From Buchnera aphidicola str. APS (Acyrthosiphon pisum) (GTDB taxonomy: Bacteria > Pseudomonadota > Gammaproteobacteria > Enterobacterales > Enterobacteriaceae): DNA of 32,000 nucleotides. The DNA is taken from positions 360,001-392,000 of the forward strand of contig NC_002528.1 in NCBI RefSeq assembly GCF_000009605.1, given 5' to 3'. Below are positions 1-9,123 of the stretch, in pieces. The notes under the pieces are model-generated. The model was not told the origin of the DNA. It did no database searches and was given only the letters and a program-made list of their open reading frames with translations. The translations under genes were made by a program, and so were the position numbers. Position 1 is the stretch's first letter, and every line of letters begins with the position of its first letter.

Positions 1-614
1 CTTGGGTAAATACAGAAAAAAATACTGATGAAATTCGCATGCAATTGTTAGATACACCACATAGTTTATTTCCAGTATGTAAAGGAGAGTTAGATGAAAT
101 AATAGGGATCGTACGTGCTAAAGAATTATTAGTAGCTATTGAAAAAAAAATAGACGCATCTACTTTTTCTAGTAAAATACTACCAATTATTATACCAGAC
201 ACACTTGATCCTATTAAACTTCTGGGCGTACTTCGTCGTGCACAAGGTAGTTTTGTAATTGTTAGTAATGAATTTGGAGTAGTACAAGGATTAATTACTC
301 CATTAGATGTTTTAGAAGCTATAGCAGGAGAATTTCCAGATGCTGATGAAACACCAGATATTATACAAGAAAATAACAGCTGGCTAGTAAAAGGCGAAAC
401 AGATTTACATTCATTACAGCAATTACTTAATACTGAAGAATTGATTAAAGAAGATAATTATGCCTCTTTAGGAGGATTATTAATTGCTCAAAAAGGTCAA
501 TTACCTATTCCAGGAGAAATAATTCATATTCATCCTTTTTATTTTCATATTGTTAAAGCAACAGAATATCGTATTGATTTAGTTAGAATTATTAAAAATC
601 AAGATGACAATTAA
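1..614 (+). CDS. yoaE: C-terminal part of a YoaE-like inner-membrane protein (CBS pair plus CorC/HlyC transporter-associated domain); 5' end lies outside the window
   Basis: The frame of ORF 39..614 stays open back to base 3 (WVNTEKNTDEIRMQLL...), so the gene enters from the left edge. The tail (...GVVQGLITPLDVLEAIAGEFPDADE...WLVKGETDLHSL...) looks like a CBS/CorC_HlyC domain. It sits next to tsaB (yeaZ), as I recall for Buchnera. Confidence 0.6.
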   Translation, partial: WVNTEKNTDEIRMQLLDTPHSLFPVCKGELDEIIGIVRAKELLVAIEKKIDASTFSSKILPIIIPDTLDPIKLLGVLRRAQGSFVIVSNEFGVVQGLITPLDVLEAIAGEFPDADETPDIIQENNSWLVKGETDLHSLQQLLNTEELIKEDNYASLGGLLIAQKGQLPIPGEIIHIHPFYFHIVKATEYRIDLVRIIKNQDDN

Positions 615-643
615 AAAATTTAAAATAATTTTTTGAGAAAAGT

Positions 644-1309
644 ATGTCCAATATAATTTTATCAATTGAAAGCTCATTAGACTGTTGCTCAGTTGCTATA
701 TACAAAAACGAGTATATTCATTCTTTATCAGAGAAATGCAAAAAAAAACATACTACACACATATTACCTATGATTAAAGAAATATTATCGCAAACTAAAA
801 CAGAATTTAAAGAGTTGAATTATGTTTCCTTTTCTAAAGGACCCGGAAATTTTACAAGTATACGAATTGCAGCAAGTATTGCACAAAGTCTATCTATCAG
901 TTTAAAAATTCCTATAATCAGTGTTTCTACTTTAGCAATTATGGCTGAGAAAACATTTCGGAAATATAAACAAAAAGATGTAATAGTTGCAATACATGCA
1001 AAAAAAAAACAAGTATATTGGGCAAAATATACAAGAAATAAAAACTCTATTTGGATAGGAGAATACACTGAATCTTTATTAGAAAAAAAAATAATTCAAG
1101 AAAAAATTGAAAATTTAAAAAAAAGATGGACTTTAGTTAGTGATCAATCTGAACTAATTGAATTTCAAAACATATTAAATGTAAAAAAAAATTATGTTTT
1201 CCTTCCTAATGCAAAAGATATAATACCATTTGTCTTATTAAAAATAAAAAATAAAAACAAGTCATTTTCTATAGAAAATAATATAAATTATTTATATAAT
1301 CAGTTTTAG
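644..1309 (+). CDS. tsaB: tRNA threonylcarbamoyladenosine (t6A) biosynthesis protein TsaB (YeaZ)
   Basis: 221 aa. The N-terminus ILSIESSLDCCSVAIY matches the TsaB pattern (ILAIDTATEACSVAL), and GPGNFTSIRIAASIAQSL matches the GPGSFTGVRIG motif. It contains an in-frame A10 tract at 1000..1009. Confidence 0.85.
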   Translation: MSNIILSIESSLDCCSVAIYKNEYIHSLSEKCKKKHTTHILPMIKEILSQTKTEFKELNYVSFSKGPGNFTSIRIAASIAQSLSISLKIPIISVSTLAIMAEKTFRKYKQKDVIVAIHAKKKQVYWAKYTRNKNSIWIGEYTESLLEKKIIQEKIENLKKRWTLVSDQSELIEFQNILNVKKNYVFLPNAKDIIPFVLLKIKNKNKSFSIENNINYLYNQF

Positions 1310-1338
1310 AAAAACCTTATTATTTATATAATAAAAAA

Positions 1339-1379
1339 CAATCAATGCTGAAATATTAAATATACTTCAGTATTGATTG
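1339..1379. terminator. Hairpin between convergent tsaB and minE, likely a rho-independent terminator (best for the minus-strand min operon)
   Basis: caatcaatgctgaa (1339..1352) pairs with ttcagtattgattg (1366..1379) as a 14-bp stem with one G.U (A.C on the other strand) and a 13-nt loop. An A6 run sits just upstream on + (a T-tail on the minus strand). Confidence 0.5.
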
Positions 1380-1454
1380 AACTAAATTTACAGTAAATAA
1401 TGAAATTCAAATTAAAATATTTTTTTGTTTTAAAATATACATTTATTTAAAAAT

Positions 1455-1706
1455 TTAATCAGGTAAAATAATATTTAACTCTAATATAGAAATATCTTCG
1501 TTTTTTTGATCTAATTGAACAGTTACCATATTCGGTTCTATATTTACGTATTTACAAATAACAGATAGTATTTCACGTTTTAATTGTGGAAAATAATCTG
1601 GTTCGTTGTTGTATTTTCTTTGTTCTGCAACAATTATTTGTAATCTTTCTTTTGCAACATTAGCAGTGTTTTTGTTCCGGGATAAAAAAAAATCCAATAA
1701 AGCCAT
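1455..1706 (-). CDS. minE: Cell division topological specificity factor MinE
   Basis: 83 aa. [30 protein letters not shown] is near-identical to the enterobacterial MinE N-terminus. It lies directly downstream of minD. Confidence 0.95.
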   Translation of the reverse strand: MALLDFFLSRNKNTANVAKERLQIIVAEQRKYNNEPDYFPQLKREILSVICKYVNIEPNMVTVQLDQKNEDISILELNIILPD

Positions 1707-1709
1707 ACT

Positions 1710-2522
1710 CTATCTCCCGAATAAACGTCGTAAAAAACTTTTTTTTTCTTCTTCAATAAAACGAAAATGACGCTCTTCACCCAACAATCGATTTACGGTA
1801 TCACTGTAAGCGCATCCTGCATTTGAATTAATATCTAATATTATAGATTCCCCTTGATTGGACGCACGAAGAACGGATTGATCTTCTGGAATTACACCTA
1901 TTATAGGTATTTGAAGAATATCTAAAACATCTGTCATGCTTAACATTTCTCCTTTTTTAACACGTCTAGGATTATAACGTGTTAATAAAAGATATTCTTT
2001 TATGGGAGTGATGTTTTTCTCAGCTCTTTTTGATTTAGATGAAATTATTCCTAAAATTCGATCGGAATCTCGTACTGAAGAAACTTCGGGGTTAGTAGTA
2101 ATAATAGCTTCATCTGCAAAATATATTGCTAAAATAGCACCCGTTTCAATCCCTGCTGGTGAATCACAAATAATAAAATCAAAATTCATTTTTATAAGTT
2201 CTGTTAAAACTTTTTCAACTCCTATTCGTGTTAAAGCGTCTTTATCACGAGTTTGTGATGCAGGTAGTATAAACAAATTATTTGTTTTTTTATCTTTTAT
2301 AATTGCTTGATTAAGTGTCGCATCACCTTGAATAACATTAATAAAGTCATAGACTACTCTACGTTCACATCCCATAATTAAATCTAAATTTCTCAATCCT
2401 ATATCAAAGTCTATAACAATCGTTTTTTTTCCTTTTTGTGCTAAACCTGTCCCGATAGCTGCACTTGAAGTAGTTTTACCTACACCTCCTTTCCCTGAAG
2501 TCACTACAATAATCCGTGTCAT
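1710..2522 (-). CDS. minD: Septum site-determining ATPase MinD
   Basis: 270 aa. It has the deviant Walker A motif SGKGGVGKTT and the same length as E. coli MinD. It lies between minC and minE. Confidence 0.97.
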   Translation of the reverse strand: MTRIIVVTSGKGGVGKTTSSAAIGTGLAQKGKKTIVIDFDIGLRNLDLIMGCERRVVYDFINVIQGDATLNQAIIKDKKTNNLFILPASQTRDKDALTRIGVEKVLTELIKMNFDFIICDSPAGIETGAILAIYFADEAIITTNPEVSSVRDSDRILGIISSKSKRAEKNITPIKEYLLLTRYNPRRVKKGEMLSMTDVLDILQIPIIGVIPEDQSVLRASNQGESIILDINSNAGCAYSDTVNRLLGEERHFRFIEEEKKSFLRRLFGR

Positions 2523-2548
2523 ATAAAAATGTCCTTAAAAATACACAC

Positions 2549-3262
2549 TTAACTGAGAGAATTAATAGTTAAAAATTTATTTTTTAAGTAAATTTGAGCT
2601 GATTTTCCAATAAACTCTGATGGTATCTGGTCTGATAACCAATATTCTCCAGATATAGAAACTAATTCAGCAAATAATCCTGTACAGAATATTTTTCTTG
2701 ATGTATCTCCATTCGCACCTGCGAGAACTCTACCACGAACTATGCCATAAACGTGAATATTTCCGTCTGCTACTAACTCAGCTCCAGCACTAACATTATT
2801 AATAACTATTAAATCAGCATGTTTGGCATAAATTTTTTGCCCTGATCGCACGGGTATATCTATAATATGCGTTTTTTCTACTTTATTGATTGTTTCTTTT
2901 TTTTTATTCTTGTAAGAATTGATAAAAAAATTAGTAATAATATTAGATTTATTATTTTTTCTTTCAGATAAAATTGGCAATCCAGAATCAATAATATTTT
3001 TCTTCAATATGCCATCTTGGCAACCACTGACTCCTACAACGAAAAAACCATGAGAAATAATAATTTTTTTTATTTTTTTCCAATCTACCGTATTACATAA
3101 TTTTGAAACGTTCACAATAATAGGGGCATTCTTAAAAAATTTTGGACATTCTTGAATTTTTTTATATAATGATTGGTTGATTAAATCTATATTTTGATTA
3201 TTTAAATACAGTACTAATAGTGTAAAATTGTTGCTTTTAAGTTCAATTGACTTTTTTTGCAT
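2549..3262 (-). CDS. minC: Septum site-determining protein MinC
   Basis: 237 aa. The C-terminal beta-helix region (VRSGQKIYAKHADLIVINNVSAGAELVADGNIHVYGIVRGRVLAGANGD) is typical of MinC. It is the first gene of minCDE. Confidence 0.9.
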   Translation of the reverse strand: MQKKSIELKSNNFTLLVLYLNNQNIDLINQSLYKKIQECPKFFKNAPIIVNVSKLCNTVDWKKIKKIIISHGFFVVGVSGCQDGILKKNIIDSGLPILSERKNNKSNIITNFFINSYKNKKKETINKVEKTHIIDIPVRSGQKIYAKHADLIVINNVSAGAELVADGNIHVYGIVRGRVLAGANGDTSRKIFCTGLFAELVSISGEYWLSDQIPSEFIGKSAQIYLKNKFLTINSLS

Positions 3263-3468
3263 ATTTATTGCTCAATAATATTGACTTATATGCACATAAA
3301 ATTTATATATGAGTATCGCTATTATTTTTTAAAAAATAAAAAATAATAAAATTTTATGCAATTAAATTATAGTATAAATACTATATTATAACAATTTCTA
3401 TTTTTGTATTAGAAACAAAATATATATAAAAAAATATTTTTACGACAATTAAAACATATCGATCAAAT

Positions 3469-4505
3469 TTGATAAGGAATAGTATTATTTTGTTATTATC
3501 TAAAAATAGTCAACTCATACTGCGTCATAGAAAAAAATTTAAAACAAAAAAAGTTTTTTTTTCAGGAAATATACAAGATGATTTTCCTCTATCTTTATCT
3601 ACTATGAGAACAAAAATAAACTTTCATAAATACAATGACTGTATTGATTTTAAAAAAAAAATATGAACAATAATATTGTTCATAACAATTTATTAATTTC
3701 TCAAGAAATGATTCAAAATTGTGATGTAATAATCTATTATTGGCCTAAAGATAAGTCTGAAGCAAAATTTCAACTAATGAACATTATTTCATGTTCTCCT
3801 ATTAACACTGAAATATTTATCGTAGGAAACAATTCTAGTGGGGTAAAAAGTGCTCCTTTGATGTTAAAAAAATGGATTGAATTAGAGAAGATCGATAGTG
3901 CTAAACATTCTATTTTAATTTCAGGATTAATTAAAAAAAAAGCAATTTTTGTATTAGAAGATTTTTTTAAAACACATTTATGGAAGAACTTAATTATAAA
4001 ATCACTACCAGGAGTTTTTGGTCACAAAAAGATAGATTCAGGTAGTAAATTACTCGCCTCTACTTTTTCTAACAGAATAACTGGAAAAGTTTTAGATATT
4101 GGTTGCGGAACAGGATTTTTATCAGCATCTCTATTATATTTTTCACCTGATGCAATTTTAACATTAGTTGATAATAATATGTACGCATTAAAGTGCAGTC
4201 AATATACACTTAATTCTAATAAATTTAATGGGAAAATAGTATACAGTAATTTATATTCAAATGTCTTTAAGAAATTTGATCTGATTATCTCTAATCCGCC
4301 TTTTCATAATGACTTACAAATTAATTTCAATATAATAGAAAAAATGATATGTGGTGCTAAAAAATATTTAACGAAAACAGGGGAATTAAGATTTGTAACA
4401 AGCAGATTTATTAACTGTCATTTTTTATTAAATAAATTTTTCCAAAAATATTATGTAATAAAAGAAACGAGTCAGTACAAAGTATATCAAGCTTTTTATA
4501 AATGA
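3469..4505 (+). pseudogene. rsmC: 16S rRNA (guanine1207-N2)-methyltransferase RsmC, split into two frames at an A10 tract (3652..3661)
   Basis: ORF 3469..3666 (TTG start) matches the RsmC N-terminus (LILRHRKKF...FFSGNIQDDFPLSL versus E. coli LLRHSDDF...LFAGDLQDDLPARL). ORF 3663..4505 carries CDVIIYYWPKDKSEAKFQL, the SAM motif LDIGCGTGFLS and ISNPPFH. The frames differ by one nucleotide and meet in the A10 run. Confidence 0.85.
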
Positions 4506-4526
4506 ATTTTTATTGTTTTTATTTAA

Positions 4527-4610
4527 TACCCGGAGCGGGACTTGAACCCGCAAAGCCATAAGGCCGAGGGATTTTAAGTCCCTTGTGTCTACCAATTTCA
4601 CCATCCGGGC
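4527..4610 (-). tRNA. tRNA-Leu (anticodon UAA), long variable arm, no encoded CCA
   Basis: The reverse complement is GCCCGGATGGTGAAATTGGTAGACACAAGGGACTTAAAATCCCTCGGCCTTATGGCTTTGCGGGTTCAAGTCCCGCTCCGGGTA. It is near-identical to E. coli leuZ as I recall it, with anticodon loop CT-TAA-AA. The 3' flank is TTA, not CCA. Confidence 0.93.
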
Positions 4611-4624
4611 ATAATAATTTATAG

Positions 4625-4695
4625 AGGCGTATCCCGGAATCGAACCGGGTTGCACGGATTTGCAGTCCGCTACATATCCAATCTGTCAACACGCC
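4625..4695 (-). tRNA. tRNA-Cys (anticodon GCA), no encoded CCA
   Basis: The reverse complement is GGCGTGTTGACAGATTGGATATGTAGCGGACTGCAAATCCGTGCAACCCGGTTCGATTCCGGGATACGCCT. A cloverleaf can be drawn and it resembles E. coli cysT. The 3' flank is CT..., not CCA. Confidence 0.92.
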
Positions 4696-4711
4696 TGTAA
4701 CAATATTATAG

Positions 4712-4728
4712 AAAAAAAAAAAAAAAAA
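4712..4728. repeat. A17 homopolymer (T17 on the minus strand) in the divergent tRNA-Cys / tRNA-Ser spacer
   Basis: Counted directly: g at 4711, A at 4712..4728, t at 4729. It is the longest homopolymer I found in the window. Confidence 0.95.
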
Positions 4729-4865
4729 TACAAACAAAAAATGAATTATTTTAAAAAAATTTTTTTGTATAAAATAAAATAAAATTCCCTTTGCAATAAA
4801 TAATATAATGCTTTATTATACGATTAACATTTTTTTATTTAAGTTGTTTTTAAAATTTTTATATC

Positions 4866-4950
4866 GGAGAGGTGGCCGAGCGGTTTAAGGCAGCGGTCTT
4901 GAAAACCGCCGACGAGAAATCGTCCGAGAGTTCGAATCTCTCTCTCTCCG
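4866..4950 (+). tRNA. tRNA-Ser (anticodon UGA), long variable arm, no encoded CCA
   Basis: The sequence is GGAGAGGTGGCCGAGCGGTTTAAGGCAGCGGTCTTGAAAACCGCCGACGAGAAATCGTCCGAGAGTTCGAATCTCTCTCTCTCCG. The anticodon loop is CT-TGA-AA and it resembles E. coli serT. The 3' flank is AAA. Confidence 0.93.
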
Positions 4951-5055
4951 AAAATTAATACATTAAAAAAAATATAGTAAAATATAAAAAATATTCAATG
5001 TCTTTGATCTTGTGTATAAAAAATTATTAAAAAATTAATATAGATAGAATAAAAT

Positions 5056-6105
5056 TTATTGAACATCAGATAATACTTCAATTTCTACACGACGATCTGG
5101 AGCTAAACAACTAATTAATAATGGTTTATTCACCACATCTCTACATACTTGATTAGTTAACGGATATAATTTTCCCATACCTTTTACGGTTATTTTATCT
5201 CTAGAAAAACCTCGAGAGGCTAAGTAATTTTTTATACTATAGGCTCGATCTTCAGATAATTTTTGATTGTACTCATCGCTTCCTATTTTATCCGCATGTC
5301 CTAAAAGAACAATAGAAACGTTTTTTAACTGCATATCTTTGATATCATCGTCTAATTTATTAAGTTTATCATAAGAACTAGGTTTTAATTCCGTACTATT
5401 AAAGGGAAAATTTATATTTTCATTTAATACGCTATATTGTTCGTTTAATGGTTCAGAATCATCAGATGAAAACATATCACTTATATCAGATTTCCCAAAC
5501 TTCCATCCAATAGATAAAACTGCATCTCCTAAAGCAGGTTTAATAGATGCATTTGCTATATTTTTTACACTATTTTTCCAAGTATAGTCTAATCTAGTAA
5601 TAAATGTTTCGTTAAAAATATATTCAGCACCTAAAGACAGACTTGGAAGCAATGCGCTTTCTTTACTAAATAAATTTTTTAAAGTATTTTTAGAAGAAAG
5701 ATCATTCCATGAAACTATTCCACCTAATTTAGTATAAAGATGAAATTCGTCTGTTATTGGATAAGATAACTTAGTTGCTAATTGAACACTATTAGATTGT
5801 ATATGTTCGTTATTTTTTTGAAATATTAAATGAGGGAAAAAACCATTTGTATCATTTTCTATTTCTAAGCTAAAATAGGGATTAAATTCGTATCCTAAAA
5901 ATAGACCAACAATTGGAGCGCTTAAGTTTTCTATTGAAGAATCGTTATTATTGACTTGAGAATTATTCATATCATATTTTAAAGGATTAAAATGAGACCA
6001 TCCAAACTTTGCGCCTAAATACCATCCATTTTCTTCTTCAGCTTGAGCAGCTGAGGGGATTAAGCTTGCCAATAAAAATGCAATAGCGAGAGCTCGTTTT
6101 TTCAT
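5056..6105 (-). CDS. ompA: Outer membrane protein A (beta-barrel plus C-terminal OmpA/peptidoglycan-binding domain)
   Basis: [22 protein letters not shown] is a signal peptide, followed by [12 protein letters not shown]. The C-terminus ([13 protein letters not shown]...[12 protein letters not shown]) matches E. coli OmpA. I prefer the ATG at 6105, which has GGAG 8 nt upstream, over the ORF-track ATG at 6117, which lies inside that SD. Confidence 0.93.
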
Positions 6106-6157
6106 TTGAAACTCCATTGTTTTTAGGTGAATTATTAAGAAAAATAAAACTGTATAG

Positions 6158-6199
6158 AATAAATATTATATAATAAATATTATATAATAAATATTATAT
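6158..6199. repeat. Perfect 3 x 14-nt tandem repeat (aataaatattatat) in the murJ-ompA spacer
   Basis: The units 6158..6171, 6172..6185 and 6186..6199 are identical by direct reading, and a degenerate AT dinucleotide run follows. Confidence 0.9.
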
Positions 6200-6241
6200 A
6201 TAATATATATAATACATACTTTATAATACTTACTACTATAT

Positions 6242-7777
6242 TTAAGAATTTTTATAAAAAAAATTTAACAAACGTATTCCTAAAATGTTCATCATAAATA
6301 GATATGTAATTCCGGAAACATATTTCCCAAAAAATAAGCGTATAATTTTATTAATGAATGTCCCTATATTCCAGACTGACATCATGTGTAATACAACAAA
6401 CAAAATTACAATCATAACTAATGTTGCTAATATTATATAAATAATAAAGATGAATTCACTACGTTGTAAAGATACAATTTTTCTTTGATACAATTTCCGA
6501 GATAGCAGTAAAAAATTTACCCAACTAGTTATACTTAGAGATAAAGCAATACCTGCATGCTGAAAATAGAAAATTAAAAATGGATTCATTAATTGATTTA
6601 AAAGAAGTGTGAACAATGAAGCCTTCATGGGAATCTTTATTTCTTCGCAGGCATAAAAAGCAGATGATAAAATCTTAACAAAAATAAAAGAGATTAAACC
6701 ACAAGAATATAATTTCAAGACTCGCGCGGTCATTAAAACATCAAAATCTGTGAATTTACCATATTGAAAAAGAACTATAATTACTGGTTTAGCAAGAAAA
6801 AAAAGTATTACTGATCCTGGTAAAGATACAATTAAACTAATACGCAACCCCCAATCAAGCAATTTTTTATATTCTAATTTTATGCCATTTTTATAATTTT
6901 TAGCAAGAGATGTAAATAAAACAGTACTTAATGATACACCCAATATTCCTACTGGAAATTCTATTAATCGATCGGCATAGTATATCCATGATATTGATCC
7001 AGAATTAAGTAATGAACTAAAAATAGTATTAATAATCAAAGAAATTTGATTAGCTGAAGCTCCTAAAATGGCTGGTCCCATTTTTTTTAAAATTCTCAAA
7101 AGACCGATATTATTCCAATGAAAATTTGGTAAAACTAACATATTAATTTTATATAAAAATGGTAGCTGGTAAAGTAATTGAACTAAACCACCTATAATAA
7201 CTGACCACGCTAAAACAATAATAGAAGGACAAAAAAAAGAACTAAAAAATACAGAAAAAAAAATAATACTTATATTTAAAAATATCGGAGAAAAAGCGGG
7301 AATAGAAAAATAATTCCAACTATTTAAAATAGATGAACATAATGAAGATAAAGAAATTAATAAAATATAAGGAAACATGATTCTTAATAAATTTGTAGAT
7401 AATATGAGTTTTTCGGGTGGATTTAAAAAACCTGGCGCCCTAATTAAAATTATAGATTGAGAAAAAAACCCTCCTAAAATGGTAAGTAATAATAAAAAAA
7501 AGCTCATAAAACCCAGTATGGAAGAAAGAAAATTTTTTATATTTTTTTCATTTTTATCGGATTTATATTCCATTAGTACAGGAATAAAAGCTTGAGAAAA
7601 TGTACCATCAGAAAAAATACGACGTAATAAATTAGGAATTTTAAAAGATATAAAAAAAGCATCCGTAAACATGGAAGCACCGAAAATGCTAGCAATTAAA
7701 ATATCTCGAACAAAACCTAATATTCGAGATATTAAAGTCATCAAACTTACTGATATTAAAGGTTTTAGAAGATTCAT
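6242..7777 (-). CDS. murJ: Lipid II flippase MurJ (MviN)
   Basis: 511 aa, the same length as E. coli MurJ. It is polytopic and hydrophobic. The N-terminus MNLLKPLISVSLMTLISRILGFVRDILIASIFGA matches the MurJ N-terminal signature (SRVLGFxRD). Confidence 0.9.
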   Translation of the reverse strand: MNLLKPLISVSLMTLISRILGFVRDILIASIFGASMFTDAFFISFKIPNLLRRIFSDGTFSQAFIPVLMEYKSDKNEKNIKNFLSSILGFMSFFLLLLTILGGFFSQSIILIRAPGFLNPPEKLILSTNLLRIMFPYILLISLSSLCSSILNSWNYFSIPAFSPIFLNISIIFFSVFFSSFFCPSIIVLAWSVIIGGLVQLLYQLPFLYKINMLVLPNFHWNNIGLLRILKKMGPAILGASANQISLIINTIFSSLLNSGSISWIYYADRLIEFPVGILGVSLSTVLFTSLAKNYKNGIKLEYKKLLDWGLRISLIVSLPGSVILFFLAKPVIIVLFQYGKFTDFDVLMTARVLKLYSCGLISFIFVKILSSAFYACEEIKIPMKASLFTLLLNQLMNPFLIFYFQHAGIALSLSITSWVNFLLLSRKLYQRKIVSLQRSEFIFIIYIILATLVMIVILFVVLHMMSVWNIGTFINKIIRLFFGKYVSGITYLFMMNILGIRLLNFFYKNS

Positions 7778-8051
7778 TCAAAACTAACCTATAACCATAA
7801 AGAAATTTTAATGTTTAATACAAGTAAAAACTAAAAATTAGATTTAATTTTTTAAATTAATAAAAAATAAGTTTTTAACATATGATTAATTGAAATTAAA
7901 TTAATTAATTGTAAATAATAATTTTACGTTAAATATTTTTTAAAAAATATTTAAAAAATAGGTTATTATCAAAATAATACAGTTTAAAAAAATTATAAAA
8001 AATATTAATATATTTAAAATATTGTAATAATTATATAAAAAAGATAAAAAA

Positions 8052-9104
8052 ATGTCTAAATTTGTCAAAAAAATAAAAATCATTAAACCTGATGATTGGC
8101 ATGTTCATTTAAGAGACAATGAGATTTTAAATCAAGTTATAAAGTATACTGGTAAATTTTATAAAAGAGCTGTTATTATGCCAAATCTTAATAGTCCGAT
8201 TACGAGTTGTTTGAAAAGCATTGCGTATCGTAATAGAATTTTAAAATCAATGCACTTGAATTATAAATTCAAACCGTTAATGACTTGTTATTTAACTAAT
8301 TCCACAAGCCCTAAAGAACTAGAATTTGGTTTTTCTAAAAAAATATTTGTAGCAGCTAAATTCTATCCAAATGGTTGCACGACCAATTCAAAAACTGGTA
8401 TAAAAAAAATTAGTGATATTACTCCTGTTTTAGAATGTATGGAAAAAATAGGAATGCCATTACTAATTCATGGTGAAGAGATTAACCAAAATATTGATAT
8501 CTATGATAGAGAAGCAAAATTTATTGAAAAAACGTTAGATCCTTTAAGAAAAAAATTTCCAAAGTTAAAGATAGTATTAGAACATATTACAACCAAAGAA
8601 TCTGTAGAATATATCAAAAATAACGATGTTAATTACTTATCTGCAACTATTACACCACATCATTTAATGCTAAATCGAAATGATATGTTTTATGGTGGGA
8701 TTCAACCATATCTTTACTGTTTACCGATTTTAAAAAAAAACAAACATCGAATGGCACTAAGAAAAGCCATCTCTAATGGAGATAAACATTTTTTTTTAGG
8801 AAGCGATACAGCTCCACATCTTCATAAAAATAAAATTAATATGCTTGGATGTGCGGGTATATTTAATGCTCCATCATCTCTATTATCTTATGTTAAAGTA
8901 TTTGAGGAAATGAGAGCGTTAAAATATTTACAATCTTTTTGTTCTGAAAATGGTCCTAAATTTTATAACATGCCAATTAACAAAGAAACCATAACAATAA
9001 TCAAAAAACCGTGTAAAATTATTAAAAAAATAAATGTTGGAAGAAATGTGATTATTCCATTTTTATCAGGTGAAATTTTAAACTGGTCAATTGAAAGTGA
9101 TTAA
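8052..9104 (+). CDS. pyrC: Dihydroorotase
   Basis: 350 aa. PDDWHVHLRD, AVIMPNL, PLLIHGE, FLGSDTAPH and CAGIFNAP are colinear with E. coli PyrC (348 aa). Confidence 0.95.
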   Translation: MSKFVKKIKIIKPDDWHVHLRDNEILNQVIKYTGKFYKRAVIMPNLNSPITSCLKSIAYRNRILKSMHLNYKFKPLMTCYLTNSTSPKELEFGFSKKIFVAAKFYPNGCTTNSKTGIKKISDITPVLECMEKIGMPLLIHGEEINQNIDIYDREAKFIEKTLDPLRKKFPKLKIVLEHITTKESVEYIKNNDVNYLSATITPHHLMLNRNDMFYGGIQPYLYCLPILKKNKHRMALRKAISNGDKHFFLGSDTAPHLHKNKINMLGCAGIFNAPSSLLSYVKVFEEMRALKYLQSFCSENGPKFYNMPINKETITIIKKPCKIIKKINVGRNVIIPFLSGEILNWSIESD

Positions 9105-9123
9105 AAATCAAGAGTATTTTAAA

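Noticed and set aside
820-1068. 82-aa ORF antisense to tsaB
   Set aside because: It lies entirely inside and opposite a well-supported gene. Its Phe/Ile-rich product is what the reverse complement of Lys/Asn-rich coding sequence gives, and it has no SD or homology signal.
2002-2310. 102-aa ORF antisense to minD
   Set aside because: It is embedded in the highly conserved minD on the opposite strand and is a shadow ORF.
4428-4737. Two minus-strand ORFs (75 and 72 aa) across the rsmC 3' end and the tRNA region
   Set aside because: They read through tRNA-Leu and tRNA-Cys and the A17 tract (FFFFF...). The tRNA genes explain the conserved GC-rich sequence.
7931-7952. Perfect 22-nt palindrome aaatattttttaaaaaatattt upstream of pyrC, considered as an operator or the pyrC leader hairpin
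   Set aside because: It is made only of A and T in a spacer that is almost pure AT, so such palindromes are expected by chance. It is about 100 nt from the start codon and does not involve the SD, unlike the E. coli pyrC leader.
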